This document shows, piece by piece, positions 1 to 9,605 of a stretch of 64,000 nucleotides of DNA. Position 1 is the stretch's first letter. The number at the start of each line of letters is the position of its first letter. Source of the DNA: an uncultured delta proteobacterium (lineage in GTDB: Bacteria; Desulfobacterota; Syntrophobacteria; BM002). A program made the position numbers and the translations under genes. Location: NCBI GenBank assembly GCA_963712115.1, contig CAVQGX010000007.1, forward strand, positions 1 to 64,000. The letters run 5' to 3'. The notes below the pieces were generated by a model, which made no database searches, was not told where the DNA came from, and worked only from the letters and a program-made list of their open reading frames with translations.

Positions 1-729
1 AGTAAATTCACGATAATCTCGGCCCAAATAGGCTCGTTTAACATCGTGATCCTCCAAAAGTTCGGCTGCGCTTCCCTGGAGGATAATCCTGCCTGTCTCG
101 AGGACGTATCCTCTGTCGGCGATCTTCAAAGCAGCCCTGGCGTTTTGCTCCACAACAAGAATGGTCAAGCCCTCGTGGCGCAACCTCGATATGGTGTGAA
201 AGATGTCAACGACCAATCTTGGAGCCAAGCCCATTGAGGGCTCATCCAATAAAAGAAGCTTGGGACGCGACATGAGCGCCCGACCGATGGCCAGCATCTG
301 CTGCTCCCCACCGGAAAGAGTGCCGGATATTTGGTTCGACCTTTCTGAAAGAACCGGAAATAGGGAAAAAACCATGTTCAAATCTTGCTTAATGGAACTT
401 CTCTCCCTCCTGCCGAACCGCAGGTAGGCACCCAACTCCAGATTTTCCAGTACCGTTAGAGGTTGGAAAATCTGTCTGCCCTCAGGAATCTGACAGATGC
501 CCAGACGAACTATCGCTTCCGGTGGCTGGCCGTTTATCCTCTGACCCTGAAAGAGGATCTCTCCCTCCCGGGATGGGATTAAACTGGAGATGCAGTTGAG
601 CATTGTACTCTTGCCGGCACCATTTGCGCCGATGAGAGTAACAATCTCACCTGGTTTCACCGAGAGAGAAACATTGTCCAGAACCCGGATCCTGCCGTAG
701 AAGGTCTGTAGATTACGAATTTTAAGCAA
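1..729 (-). CDS. livF: Branched-chain-amino-acid-type ABC transporter ATPase (LivF); 3' end runs off the window
   Basis: Translated by hand (absent from ORF track): TTG start overlapping the livG stop, [22 protein letters not shown]...GANGAGKST (Walker A), ending ...VKRAYLGRDYREFT with no stop in the window. Confidence 0.9.
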   Translation of the reverse strand, partial: MLKIRNLQTFYGRIRVLDNVSLSVKPGEIVTLIGANGAGKSTMLNCISSLIPSREGEILFQGQRINGQPPEAIVRLGICQIPEGRQIFQPLTVLENLELGAYLRFGRRERSSIKQDLNMVFSLFPVLSERSNQISGTLSGGEQQMLAIGRALMSRPKLLLLDEPSMGLAPRLVVDIFHTISRLRHEGLTILVVEQNARAALKIADRGYVLETGRIILQGSAAELLEDHDVKRAYLGRDYREFT

Positions 730-1510
730 CCGGTTCTTCCCCTAAATAGGCGTCAATAACTGCTTGATTCTGCTGGATCTCCCTCGGACTGCCTTCCGCC
801 AGGGTGCGCCCATAGTCCATTACTAGGATCTCGTCGCACACTTCCATGGTTAGGCTCATGTCGTGTTCTACCAAAACTACGGTAATTCCCCGATCCCGAA
901 TCCGGCAGATCAATTGTCCCAGCTCGCGGGTTTCTGCCGCGTTGAGCCCGGAAGCGGGCTCGTCCAGCAATAACAGAAGGGGGTCGGTGGCAAGGGCCCT
1001 ACCGATCTCTAGTATCCTCTGAAGCCCGAAGGGCAAAACAGAACTGGGGCTGCCGGCCCGCTCCCCCAGGCCAATAAAGTTCAGCATCTCCAAACCATCT
1101 TGCCTGATGCACCCCTCCTCCTTCCGGTGGCGTGACAAGCGCAGAGCGGCGCCGATGAATCCGGCACTGGTCCTTGGGTGTCGACCCACCATGATATTTT
1201 CCAGCACGGTCATCCGGTCAAAAAGCTCCACGTTTTGAAATGTCCGGGCAATGCCGAGTTCAGCCACCTGGTGTGGTCCCAGGCCATTTAGCTTGTGACC
1301 ATTGAAGTATATAGCGCCGTCGTCAGTGGGATAAAAACCCGTGATAAGGTTAAACAAGGTGGTTTTGCCGGCACCGTTGGGACCTATAATGCCTTTTATC
1401 TGTCCCTTGCAAACCTCAAAACTGACCTGGCGGACAGCATGAATACCGCCAAAAGACTTGGAAACATTTTCTGCTTTCAGAAGAGGTATTGTCGTCGCCT
1501 CTGCCTTCAC
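722..1510 (-). CDS. livG: ABC transporter ATPase (LivG)
   Basis: [34 protein letters not shown] motifs. Confidence 0.93.
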   Translation of the reverse strand: MKAEATTIPLLKAENVSKSFGGIHAVRQVSFEVCKGQIKGIIGPNGAGKTTLFNLITGFYPTDDGAIYFNGHKLNGLGPHQVAELGIARTFQNVELFDRMTVLENIMVGRHPRTSAGFIGAALRLSRHRKEEGCIRQDGLEMLNFIGLGERAGSPSSVLPFGLQRILEIGRALATDPLLLLLDEPASGLNAAETRELGQLICRIRDRGITVVLVEHDMSLTMEVCDEILVMDYGRTLAEGSPREIQQNQAVIDAYLGEEPVA

Positions 1511-1594
1511 GGCTTTCTCCGATGACAGCCAAACTTCCAGTGAAAAACAGCGAGTAAGACCACAGGTGTAACTCCCTCTTGCCTATCACCTGCC

Positions 1595-2578
1595 CTAAAC
1601 AGATTCCCCAGCGACTCCGCGGCGGAACCGGTATTTTTCCAGGAGATCCAAAGCACCTCGCGTCAGTCCCTGGGGCAAAAAGATCATAACCACCATGAGA
1701 ATGAGTCCAAAGATAACGATGTCGTAGTCGTGAAACACGGCCAGCACTTCCGGAAGTAAAGTAAGAGTAGCAGCGCCAAACACCGCCCCCCAAATGGATG
1801 CCATGCCGCCCACCACAACCATGGTAACCAACTTTATTGAGAACATGAAGTCAAAGGAACCAGGGCTGATGAAGGTGATGAAATGGGCATAGAGACTTCC
1901 TGCCACCGAGGCGTAGACAGCGCTTATGACAAATACCCAGATTTTCAGTCGTGAGGTATAAATACCCGAAGCACGGGCCGCTGATTCACTGTCGTGGATG
2001 GCGCGCAAGGCTCTTCCTACTCTAGAATCTACGATATTGAGGCTCACAGCTAAAGCTGCAAGTGTAGTAAACCACACCAGGTAGTAATAGCTTGCCGGCT
2101 CATCAAGAATTATGGATCCTATGGCAAGTGCAGGGATGCCAACCAAACCTGAAGGACCGCCGGTAAGGTAGTTGAATTCCTTGAAACAAATGTGAACAAT
2201 TATGCCGAAGCCGAGGGTGGCCATGGCAAGGTAGTAGCCGGTAAGCTTTAGGGCGGGAATGCCCACCACCAAGGCTACTACCGCTGTGAGGGCAACAGCC
2301 GCCACCATGGCCGGCCAGGGTGACACATGGTAAGTAGCAGTTAGAATGCCGGAAGTGTAAGCTCCAAGCCCAAAAAAAGCAGCGTGACCGAGACTGATCT
2401 GACCGGCATATCCCATCAATAGGTTTAGCCCTACAACCAACAGAGTGTGGATGCCGATAAAGATCATCACGTTAAGGTAGTAGCGGTTCGTCAGCACCAA
2501 AGGCAGAAGAGCCAGAACCAGCCCGAAGGTACCCACCTGAAACCATTTATATTTAAGTAACCGGATCAATGTTCTCAC
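1595..2578 (-). CDS. livM: ABC transporter permease (LivM)
   Basis: GYAGQISLGHAAFFGLGAY, YLAMATLGFG, TGGPSGL motifs; multi-TM. Confidence 0.93.
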   Translation of the reverse strand: MRTLIRLLKYKWFQVGTFGLVLALLPLVLTNRYYLNVMIFIGIHTLLVVGLNLLMGYAGQISLGHAAFFGLGAYTSGILTATYHVSPWPAMVAAVALTAVVALVVGIPALKLTGYYLAMATLGFGIIVHICFKEFNYLTGGPSGLVGIPALAIGSIILDEPASYYYLVWFTTLAALAVSLNIVDSRVGRALRAIHDSESAARASGIYTSRLKIWVFVISAVYASVAGSLYAHFITFISPGSFDFMFSIKLVTMVVVGGMASIWGAVFGAATLTLLPEVLAVFHDYDIVIFGLILMVVMIFLPQGLTRGALDLLEKYRFRRGVAGESV

Positions 2579-2589
2579 TCCAATATTGC

Positions 2590-2812
2590 AAGGAGCCAGT
2601 AGTCAGAATCCAGGAGTCAGCTGACAGCAGACAGCTCGCAGCATGCAGCAATGATTCTATATAGAGGATACCTGTTTTCTGCCAGTTGACAGCTGCAATC
2701 TACCTGCTGTCTTTTGTCCTCTATCTTCTGCCCGCTGCCAGCTGTAAGCTGCTAGCTGTATTTCCCTATGCTCCTATGCCCTATGCCCTATGCCCTGTGC
2801 CTTGTGCCCTTT
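2590..2812. repeat. Heptamer-periodic palindromic intergenic repeat cluster
   Basis: Purine-rich arm GAGTCAG/GACAGCA-like units, pyrimidine-rich arm CTGCCAG/CTGCTAG units, then (CTATGCC)n at about 2765-2810. Confidence 0.75.
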
Positions 2813-2818
2813 TCATTA

Positions 2819-3703
2819 TCAGAACTTCTTAACTTGCTTCGGCCCCAGCAGACCGCTGGGTCGAAGGAAGAGCACCAGGAGCAGCACGAAAAATGCTATG
2901 GCATCCTTGAATCCAGAGCTGATCAGGCCAGCACCCAGAGCCTCCAATACCCCTAGCAGAAAACCGCCGAGGATGGACCCAGGGCTGCTTCCCAGGCCAC
3001 CCAATACAGCGGCGCAAAAACCTTTAAGACCGAGCATAGTTCCCACGTCATAGCCGCACAAGGTGATGGGAACAATAACGATGCCTGCGGCCGCCCCAAT
3101 AGCGGCGCTCAAAGCGAAGGAGACCGAAACCATACGGTTCACACTTATACCCACTAAACTTGCCGCCCGTCGATTGAAGGCGCAAGCGCGCATAGCCTTC
3201 CCCGTTATTGTGCGTTTATAAAAGAACTGAAGGGACGCCGTCACCACCATGGTCACTCCCAATACCCAAAGGCTTTGCGGAACCAGGGTGGCACCACCAA
3301 GGTGGATTGGATCGGAACCGGTAAAGGGTTTAAGCCCCAGCGCATCTTTCCCCCAGAGCATCATGGCCATGCCGCGAAGAAAAATCGAAGCGCCTACGGT
3401 AATAATGATTAGGGTTATGGGATTAGAACTCCTGGCTGGACGGATGGTAAAGCGTTCCAATACGACCCCCACCAGGGTCACAGACAGAACTGCCAGGATA
3501 AAACTCAAACCGAGGGGCAAAAGACCAATACTGTTCAGGGCGATAACCGCCATGCCGCCCAGCATGACAAATTCACCCTGGGCAAAGTTGATCACCTCAG
3601 TGGAATTATAGATGATGGTAAAACCCAGAGCGATAACCGCGTAAATGGCACCGATGGTAATACCGGAAATTATATACTGGAGAATCTGGACGCTTAGATC
3701 CAT
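2819..3703 (-). CDS. livH: ABC transporter permease (LivH)
   Basis: GAIYAVIALGFTIIY, INFAQGEFVM, LGGLGS, RPSGLLG motifs. Confidence 0.93.
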   Translation of the reverse strand: MDLSVQILQYIISGITIGAIYAVIALGFTIIYNSTEVINFAQGEFVMLGGMAVIALNSIGLLPLGLSFILAVLSVTLVGVVLERFTIRPARSSNPITLIIITVGASIFLRGMAMMLWGKDALGLKPFTGSDPIHLGGATLVPQSLWVLGVTMVVTASLQFFYKRTITGKAMRACAFNRRAASLVGISVNRMVSVSFALSAAIGAAAGIVIVPITLCGYDVGTMLGLKGFCAAVLGGLGSSPGSILGGFLLGVLEALGAGLISSGFKDAIAFFVLLLVLFLRPSGLLGPKQVKKF

Positions 3704-3747
3704 AGTCGAATGCGAAATGTCTAAAATTTAGTAAAACTGGGCTCTTT

Positions 3748-3830
3748 CACCACAAAGAGCACGAAGACCACAAAGAAGCAAACAGTTTTAGATTGCTTGA
3801 ATCTTCGTGATCCTTCGTGCCCTTGGTGTC
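3748..3830. repeat. 9-mer-periodic palindromic element (CCACAAAGA type)
   Basis: CACCACAAAGAGCACGAAGACCACAAAG ... CTTCGTGATCCTTCGTGCCCTTGGTG; related copy at 56344-56422. Confidence 0.8.
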
Positions 3831-3842
3831 TTAAAATAACCC

Positions 3843-5012
3843 CTACTGAATAATCTGCCAGTCGCCTTCCACGATTTTAACCATCACGAAGGCCTCATCT
3901 TTATTAAGGCCGTTATGATCTTGTGGGGAGAATCGAAATATGCCACTTATCCCCACATATCCATCGATTTTCTCGACTTCATCGCGAATTTTGGCCCGGT
4001 CATCCCCCGCTTTTTCGAGGGCTTGAGCAAGGATCTGCAAACCATCCCAGGCATAGCCACCAAAACCGGAAACCGCCACTTGGTATTTTGCCTCGTAGTC
4101 GGCAATGTACTTCTGCAGGACTTGCTTTTGAGGATCGGAATCAGCCAGATCTCCGGCCACGAGAATCTTGCCGGTGGGTAAAATGATGCCATTAGCTGCC
4201 TCACCCGCGAGCTCGATGAATTTTTTGGATGCAACACCATGGCTCTGATAAAGGGGAATCTTGATACCTAGCTGTCGCATGTTCTTGGCAATTACCGCGG
4301 GACCGGGGTTAGTCCCCCAACAAATGATCGCCTGTGGTTTCAAAGCCCTAATCTTAGTGAGCTGAGGGGTCATGTCTGTGTCTTGTGGCCCGAAACTTTC
4401 GTCAGCAACTATCTCATATCCATAGTCTGCTGATTGTTCGAGCAACTGCTGCCTACCGCTATCGCCAAAAGCATTGCTCACCGTCAGGATGGCAATTTTC
4501 TTAACACCCTGGCCCTTGATATAGTTATAGATTTTGGCCACCGCCATCACATCGGTTTGCGGTGTTTTGAAGACCCAGCTTTTCACCGGAGTGGTGATTT
4601 TAACTGAAGCTGCACAAGAAATTAGTGGCACCTGCGCTTTTTCCACTATCGGTATCACCGCCAGGGTTGTGCCACTCCTGGAGGGACCCACAATGGCCAA
4701 GACATTATCTTTCTCGATGAGTTTGTTGGTATTGAGCACTGCTTTGGTAGCATCCCCTTCGGTATCGTAGATCACCAGCTCGATGGGATGCCCGTTGATG
4801 CCTCCGCCAGCGTTTATCTGCTCAGCAAGAAGTTCCATGGAGTTGCGCTCCGGCTCGCCCAAAAACGATGCTGGCCCGGTGATCGCAAAAATACCGCCGA
4901 TCTTGTAAGGAGCCTTGGGTTCTTCTTTTTTGGCGCAACTGCTACATATCAGAAATATTGCCAGCAGCATCACTGCCAAAATCAGCAACCTTTTCCTCTT
5001 ACCCTGTTTCAT
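3843..5012 (-). CDS. ABC transporter substrate-binding lipoprotein (LivK/LivJ-like, PBP type 1)
   Basis: Signal peptide with Cys, YKIGGIFAITGPASFLG, GGINGHPIELVIYD; ATG 5012 has a GGAGG RBS. Confidence 0.9.
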   Translation of the reverse strand: MKQGKRKRLLILAVMLLAIFLICSSCAKKEEPKAPYKIGGIFAITGPASFLGEPERNSMELLAEQINAGGGINGHPIELVIYDTEGDATKAVLNTNKLIEKDNVLAIVGPSRSGTTLAVIPIVEKAQVPLISCAASVKITTPVKSWVFKTPQTDVMAVAKIYNYIKGQGVKKIAILTVSNAFGDSGRQQLLEQSADYGYEIVADESFGPQDTDMTPQLTKIRALKPQAIICWGTNPGPAVIAKNMRQLGIKIPLYQSHGVASKKFIELAGEAANGIILPTGKILVAGDLADSDPQKQVLQKYIADYEAKYQVAVSGFGGYAWDGLQILAQALEKAGDDRAKIRDEVEKIDGYVGISGIFRFSPQDHNGLNKDEAFVMVKIVEGDWQIIQ

Positions 5013-5079
5013 TCTCCACCCTCCTTTTTCCCTCACCACTGATTATCGAACTTAGAACTAACCATCAGACTGGAGTTTG

Positions 5080-5243
5080 AACCACAGAGAGTTAGAATTT
5101 CAGATTATTGATTGTAGATTGCACCCGCCCGCCTCGCCTTGCTCGCATGGCGGGCGGGGATTTCAGAACCTTCTCGTGCCTACTTAAGCCACTCTACAAT
5201 CTAAAATCTCCAATCTCAAATATCCTTTGTGCCCTATGTGGTT
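5080..5243. repeat. Composite palindromic element (AACCACAGAG...CTATGTGGTT) carrying a 35-bp GC hairpin insert
   Basis: Closely matches 48172-48293 and 27756-27910; extra hairpin at 5124-5158. Confidence 0.85.
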
Positions 5244-5266
5244 GTGCAACCCTGATGAAATCTCAT

Positions 5267-5698
5267 TTACATAGCATAGAGTTTCTCGCCCTTGATAACC
5301 GTAACTCCATTCCGCCTCAAAACCTCCACCGCACTGTCAGCGTTGTCAAAGCGGAAAATAAGCACCGCGTTTTGACCGCTTTGTTGGACAAATGCATACA
5401 TGTATTCAACATTAATCCCACCGTCGAAAAGAATTTGCAGAATGTTGTTCAGACCCCCGGGCCGGTCCTCCACCTCCACGGCTACGACCTCGGTTCTACC
5501 CACGGTGAAGCCATGTTCTTTGAGCACTTTCTTGGCTTTCTCGTGGTCGTTAACAATGAGCCGCAAGATGCCGAAATCAGAGGTGTCAGCCAAAGATAAA
5601 GCGCGGATGTTGATTTCGGCCTTCCCCAGAATTCCGGTAACCTCAGCAAGTCTTCCAGCCTTGTTCTCCAAGAATATGGAGATTTGCTCAACCTTCAT
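5267..5698 (-). CDS. Double ACT-domain amino-acid-binding protein
   Basis: [13 protein letters not shown]...DRPGGL...INVEYMYAF; this family is typically adjacent to paaK. Confidence 0.92.
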   Translation of the reverse strand: MKVEQISIFLENKAGRLAEVTGILGKAEINIRALSLADTSDFGILRLIVNDHEKAKKVLKEHGFTVGRTEVVAVEVEDRPGGLNNILQILFDGGINVEYMYAFVQQSGQNAVLIFRFDNADSAVEVLRRNGVTVIKGEKLYAM

Positions 5699-5884
5699 GG
5701 TATCCCTCCTCTGGCACGGGCTTGCAATCTTTTGTTTTGTCAGTTTTGCCGTTTATGCCGGTTTTGCCTGATGAAATCTGTTCAACAGTTATTTCTTATT
5801 TACCACAGATAATCGGAGCTCCATCTCTGCGTATTGATTATTACCTGGCCAATTAGCTAAACCGACGAAACTGGCTAAACAGAA

Positions 5885-7186
5885 TTATATTTTTCTCTTG
5901 TCTATTACCCGGACAGCCTTGCCTTCAGTCCTTTGAATTGATTTAGGCTCTACCAGCCTGACCTTGGCAGCAACCCCCAGCAGTTCCTTGATATTCTTTT
6001 CTAAACTTCGTTCCATCGCCTGAAGGTTCTTGACTTCGTCAGAAAAAATCCTTTCATTTACCTCCACCATAACAGTGAGGGTGTCCAATCTTCCCTCCCT
6101 GTCTACTACCAACTGGTAGTGGGGCTCGATGCCATCAAACTCCATGATGACGCTCTCGATTTGGGAGGGGAAAACATTGATGCCGCGGATGATCAGCATG
6201 TCATCACTTCGGCCACGTACTCGCCCCATGCGCACCATGGTTCGACCACAACGGCAAGGCTCAGGATAAAGAATTGAAATGTCGCGAGTTCTGTAGCGAA
6301 TGACGGGGAAAGCCTCTTTGGTGATGGTGGTGAACACAAGCTCTCCCGGGGTGTTGTACGGCAAGACTTCTTCACTGTCTGGGTCGATAATTTCAGGAAT
6401 AAAATGGTCCTCAAAAATGTGCAAGCCATTTTGGGCTTCAATGCACTCTACGGAAACACCCGGTCCAATGATCTCACTGAGACCATAAATATCCATTGCT
6501 TTGAGGTTTAGCTTTTTCTCGATTTCATCTCTCATCTTCTCGGACCAGGGTTCAGCCCCAAAAATGCCGGCCTTGAAGTGGAGTTCGCGGAAATCAACAC
6601 CCATCTCCTCCGCCACTTCTGCAATCAACAGGGCGTAGGAGGGAGTGCAGGTCAAAATGGTGGGAGCAAAATCCTTCATTATCATCACTTGCCGCTTGGT
6701 ATTCCCGCCGGAGATGGGAATAACCGAAGCCCCCAGCTTTTCCGCTCCATAATGAAAACCAAGACCTCCAGTAAAGAGACCGTAACCATAGGCATTATGA
6801 ATCATGTCTCCTTTGGTGGCTCCCCCTGCCATGAGAGTTCGTGCCATGAGTTCAGACCAGGTCTGGATATCTCGAGCTGTGTAGCCCACAACGGTGGGCT
6901 TTCCGGTTGTGCCGGAAGAGGCATGGATTCGAACCACATTGTCCATGGGCACGGTAAACATGCCAAAGGGGTAGTTGTCACGCAGATTGTCTTTGTAGGT
7001 GAAAGGGAGTTTACGCAAATCATCGAGTGTGCGTATGTTATCTGGTTTGACCCCTGCCTCGTCGAAACGCTTCTTGTAAAATGGCACTGTGTTGTAAACT
7101 CTTGCAGCTACCGACTGCAGCCGCCTCAGTTGAATGGCCTCCAGAGCCTCCCTGGGCATGGTTTCAAACTCTTCGTTGTAGATCAT
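5885..7186 (-). CDS. paaK: Phenylacetate-CoA ligase
   Basis: [11 protein letters not shown]-loop, [36 protein letters not shown]. Confidence 0.93.
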   Translation of the reverse strand: MIYNEEFETMPREALEAIQLRRLQSVAARVYNTVPFYKKRFDEAGVKPDNIRTLDDLRKLPFTYKDNLRDNYPFGMFTVPMDNVVRIHASSGTTGKPTVVGYTARDIQTWSELMARTLMAGGATKGDMIHNAYGYGLFTGGLGFHYGAEKLGASVIPISGGNTKRQVMIMKDFAPTILTCTPSYALLIAEVAEEMGVDFRELHFKAGIFGAEPWSEKMRDEIEKKLNLKAMDIYGLSEIIGPGVSVECIEAQNGLHIFEDHFIPEIIDPDSEEVLPYNTPGELVFTTITKEAFPVIRYRTRDISILYPEPCRCGRTMVRMGRVRGRSDDMLIIRGINVFPSQIESVIMEFDGIEPHYQLVVDREGRLDTLTVMVEVNERIFSDEVKNLQAMERSLEKNIKELLGVAAKVRLVEPKSIQRTEGKAVRVIDKRKI

Positions 7187-7207
7187 TAGCCCTCCTTATC
7201 AACACCA

Positions 7208-7380
7208 ATATTGACGGCTTGGTAAAAAGTCCATCTGTCCGCCTCAGGCGGATTGCGCTTCATCTTTAGTCACTGCAGCGTACTTTTATGTACGCCTCAT
7301 TCCTAAAGCTTCGCGCGCCTTGCATCTGGCTCTTTTTACTGTGCCGTCTCATAAATGACTTTTTACGAATTCATCAATAT
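7208..7380. mobile_element. MITE-like long hairpin element with about 24-bp imperfect terminal inverted repeats
   Basis: Left end ATATTGACGGCTTGGTAAAAAGTC; right end GACTTTTTACGAATTCATCAATAT; apical GCGTAC-TTTTAT-GTACGCCTC; mini hairpin TCCGCCTCAGGCGGA at 7238-7252. Confidence 0.7.
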
Positions 7381-7434
7381 AGGCTTACCTGCTCCAATTT
7401 TTATCTGACCATCAAAGCCCGAGACTAAACCCCT

Positions 7435-8424
7435 TCAGAAGGAGAACCTCACAGACAAACTCAAAGCTGGTGCCCGAGGCTGATTTAAACTCTCCTGTTC
7501 GTAGGGGACAAGCCGCTGTTGTTGTCTCCTTTCTTCTCGATCATTGTATTTGTGAGCTACGTTTACCGCGCTATAAATGTTTCCACCGTAAAAGGCCGCA
7601 GTGACCACCGCCAATCCAACTCCCACTCCCTGGTGGTCCTGATTAAAGGCCTCGTAAGTGGCAAAAGCAAAAGCACCGGTGAACACTAACGCTATGGTTC
7701 CGTCTCGAGGTCGCTGGCAATAAAAGTGTCCTGCCCCAGGTAAAATCGCTGCTAGGAAGCCTGCCAGAGCAGGATCTTTTCGTTTTGCTTGTGATTCTTC
7801 TGCCACGATCTTCTGCACTTCCATGGCTGCCCCGTATAGGGTGTCGCCGCTCCCCACCTGTCGCAGAGCTTCGTCGGCTTCCAACCACCGGCCGTCTTTG
7901 GCATAACTAAGGCCAATGAGATACCAGGCCTCTGACTCCAATAGTCTACCTGGACGATCTGCAATAATGGACCGATACTCCTCTCTGGCCTTTTCGCCTC
8001 TTCCCATCTCACTGAAGGAGCGAGCTTTAAGGAAACGGGTCTCCCATTTCAATGAACTCATGGGATACCCACGTAGAAAAGAGTCTGCCGCCTCCACTGC
8101 TTGTTGCCAGCGTTTGCCTCGAAAGTAGCACTGGACAATCCGAAGGGCAGCATTCGCTGCTTGGAAATCATCGGGGTAGAGAAAGAGAAAGCGCTCATAC
8201 TCGCCAATAGCACGGAAATATTCTTGCTGGGAAAAAAGGTAATTGGCAAATTCCAGTACCTGCTGGGCAGAGAGGTCAACGGCAGATTTTGTCCCCTGGG
8301 CCTCAGCAGAAGTTCCCAAGGCCAAAATAAGAGTGAATATAATGGCTACTAAGAACGAGCGGGGGAAGATAGCAACAGATGTCGCAGGCTGTGTAAGCGC
8401 TTTATCCATGACTTGTCGTGGCAT
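7435..8424 (-). CDS. Exported TPR protein with C-terminal TM2-like membrane domain
   Basis: Signal peptide, TPR-like helices (YFRAIGEYERFL), KDPALAGFLAAILPGAGHFY motif. Confidence 0.8.
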   Translation of the reverse strand: MPRQVMDKALTQPATSVAIFPRSFLVAIIFTLILALGTSAEAQGTKSAVDLSAQQVLEFANYLFSQQEYFRAIGEYERFLFLYPDDFQAANAALRIVQCYFRGKRWQQAVEAADSFLRGYPMSSLKWETRFLKARSFSEMGRGEKAREEYRSIIADRPGRLLESEAWYLIGLSYAKDGRWLEADEALRQVGSGDTLYGAAMEVQKIVAEESQAKRKDPALAGFLAAILPGAGHFYCQRPRDGTIALVFTGAFAFATYEAFNQDHQGVGVGLAVVTAAFYGGNIYSAVNVAHKYNDREERRQQQRLVPYEQESLNQPRAPALSLSVRFSF

Positions 8425-8455
8425 CTCGAGATTACGAAACCTGGCCGTTTAACTT

Positions 8456-8489
8456 AAAAAGCCGTGGAATCCGCCTAACCCACGGCTTT
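8456..8489 (-). terminator. Second (distal) attenuator terminator of the Phe leader
   Basis: Minus strand AAAGCCGTGG-loop-CCACGGCTTTTT. Confidence 0.8.
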
Positions 8490-8494
8490 GAAAT

Positions 8495-8533
8495 AAAAAG
8501 CCATGGGCTCACTTCCCTGTCCGCCCATGGCTT
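8495..8533 (-). terminator. First attenuator terminator of the Phe leader
   Basis: Minus strand AAGCCATGGGC-loop-GCCCATGGCTTTTTATTT. Confidence 0.8.
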
Positions 8534-8555
8534 AGATGCTCACCTCTATACCGGC

Positions 8556-8636
8556 TTACCTCTTCAACCAAAGGGCAGACTTCTTAAAAAAGAAGCCGCC
8601 GGAGGGAAAGTTAATCTGAAAGCCGGCAAACTGCAT
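8556..8636 (-). CDS. Phe-rich attenuator leader peptide MQFAGFQINFPSGGFFFKKSALWLKR
   Basis: 26 codons, 6 Phe including FFF; GAGGA RBS; followed by two terminators. Confidence 0.8.
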   Translation of the reverse strand: MQFAGFQINFPSGGFFFKKSALWLKR

Positions 8637-8662
8637 AGATTCCTCAGTTCCTATGGAGCGTC

Positions 8663-8691
8663 AAATTATATAAGTATTGAATACTTGTCAA
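8663..8691 (-). promoter_or_regulatory. sigma70-type promoter for the Phe leader
   Basis: TTGACA (8691-8686), then TATAAT at 15 nt or TAATTT at 17 nt. Confidence 0.6.
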
Positions 8692-8710
8692 GTTATTTCT
8701 TGATCTTGTA

Positions 8711-9427
8711 TTAACCTCCTTCTGCAGGTTTTTCCGCCTGCCGCCACCGCCTGAGCTTTATTCTAATCCACTCGCCAAAGAGAGGAGCCGGACTTTCATT
8801 GAGATAGTTGTCGTAGTGAACCATTGCCTTAGTTTTGTCGCCCATGGCCTCGTACACCCTGCCGAGGTAAAGCTGCACCTGAGCTTGGTATACCGGAGCT
8901 CCCTCCTTAGCAAGGAGCTGGTAAATCTTTAAGGCATCCTCATACGACCCCTTGGCCTCATAAGTCTCACCCAGACTGACTAAGACCCGATCGTGGAGGG
9001 GATGGGTGCGATCGGTTCGCTGAAGAAAATCATTGTAACAGAGAATAGTCTTATCGTATGTTCCTTGCTCGAAATAGATGTTTCCGAGATCTACAAGTGC
9101 AGTGGTGGCCACAGTGGTTGAGCCATAACGCTTCTGTACCTCCTCCAGGGCAGCTGTGGCTTGACCATATTCTGTCAGGTTATTCCCACCTGTCGATCCG
9201 GTAGGATACAGGGCTAGGGCTTTCTGGTAAAGATCGGAGGCTTTTGCTTCACGGCTGGCCTTAAAGACAAAAACTGCTCCCACGATTACAAGGAAAAGAG
9301 CTACTCCTGCCGCTACTCCCGTCATAATCTTTATGTTTTCGCTACACCAGTTTATGACTTTAGCACTAAAAGTTATGAATTCGTCTGGTTTCTTGATTTC
9401 TTTTCTCTTTATTTTTCTTTTTGCCAA
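8711..9427 (-). CDS. Membrane-anchored TPR protein (YfgM-like)
   Basis: RKEIKKPDEFITF N-terminus, one TM segment, TPR repeats. Confidence 0.8.
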   Translation of the reverse strand: MAKRKIKRKEIKKPDEFITFSAKVINWCSENIKIMTGVAAGVALFLVIVGAVFVFKASREAKASDLYQKALALYPTGSTGGNNLTEYGQATAALEEVQKRYGSTTVATTALVDLGNIYFEQGTYDKTILCYNDFLQRTDRTHPLHDRVLVSLGETYEAKGSYEDALKIYQLLAKEGAPVYQAQVQLYLGRVYEAMGDKTKAMVHYDNYLNESPAPLFGEWIRIKLRRWRQAEKPAEGG

Positions 9428-9467
9428 ATTTTCTTCTCCTGATCAGGTTTTTTTTCTGGGCAGTGAC

Positions 9468-9605
9468 GATTTCAGATTTTAGATCTCACTTTAACCTTAT
9501 TAGTTTCTCCATCTTCAGAAAAATCTGCAATCTCCAATCTCAAATCTGCAATGACCCTCCCTCCATTACTCCAGCTTTTTCCTGTCCGCTGTCCGCTGCC
9601 TGCTG
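9468..9605. repeat. Heptamer/octamer periodic palindromic repeats
   Basis: GATTTCA-GATTTTA arm versus AATCTGC-AATCTCC-AATCTCA arm; also CTCCATTACTCCA and CTGTCCG units. Confidence 0.65.

Noticed and set aside
2765-2812. Short tandem repeats as a possible CRISPR array
   Set aside because: Units are 7-9 nt with no unique spacers and no cas genes.
5712-5726. TGGCACGGGCTTGCA, sigma54-like
   Set aside because: GG-to-GC spacing is one base short, and it points antisense to the local genes.
8418-8714. 98-aa plus-strand ORF
   Set aside because: Antisense to the Phe leader and terminators; no RBS or family features.
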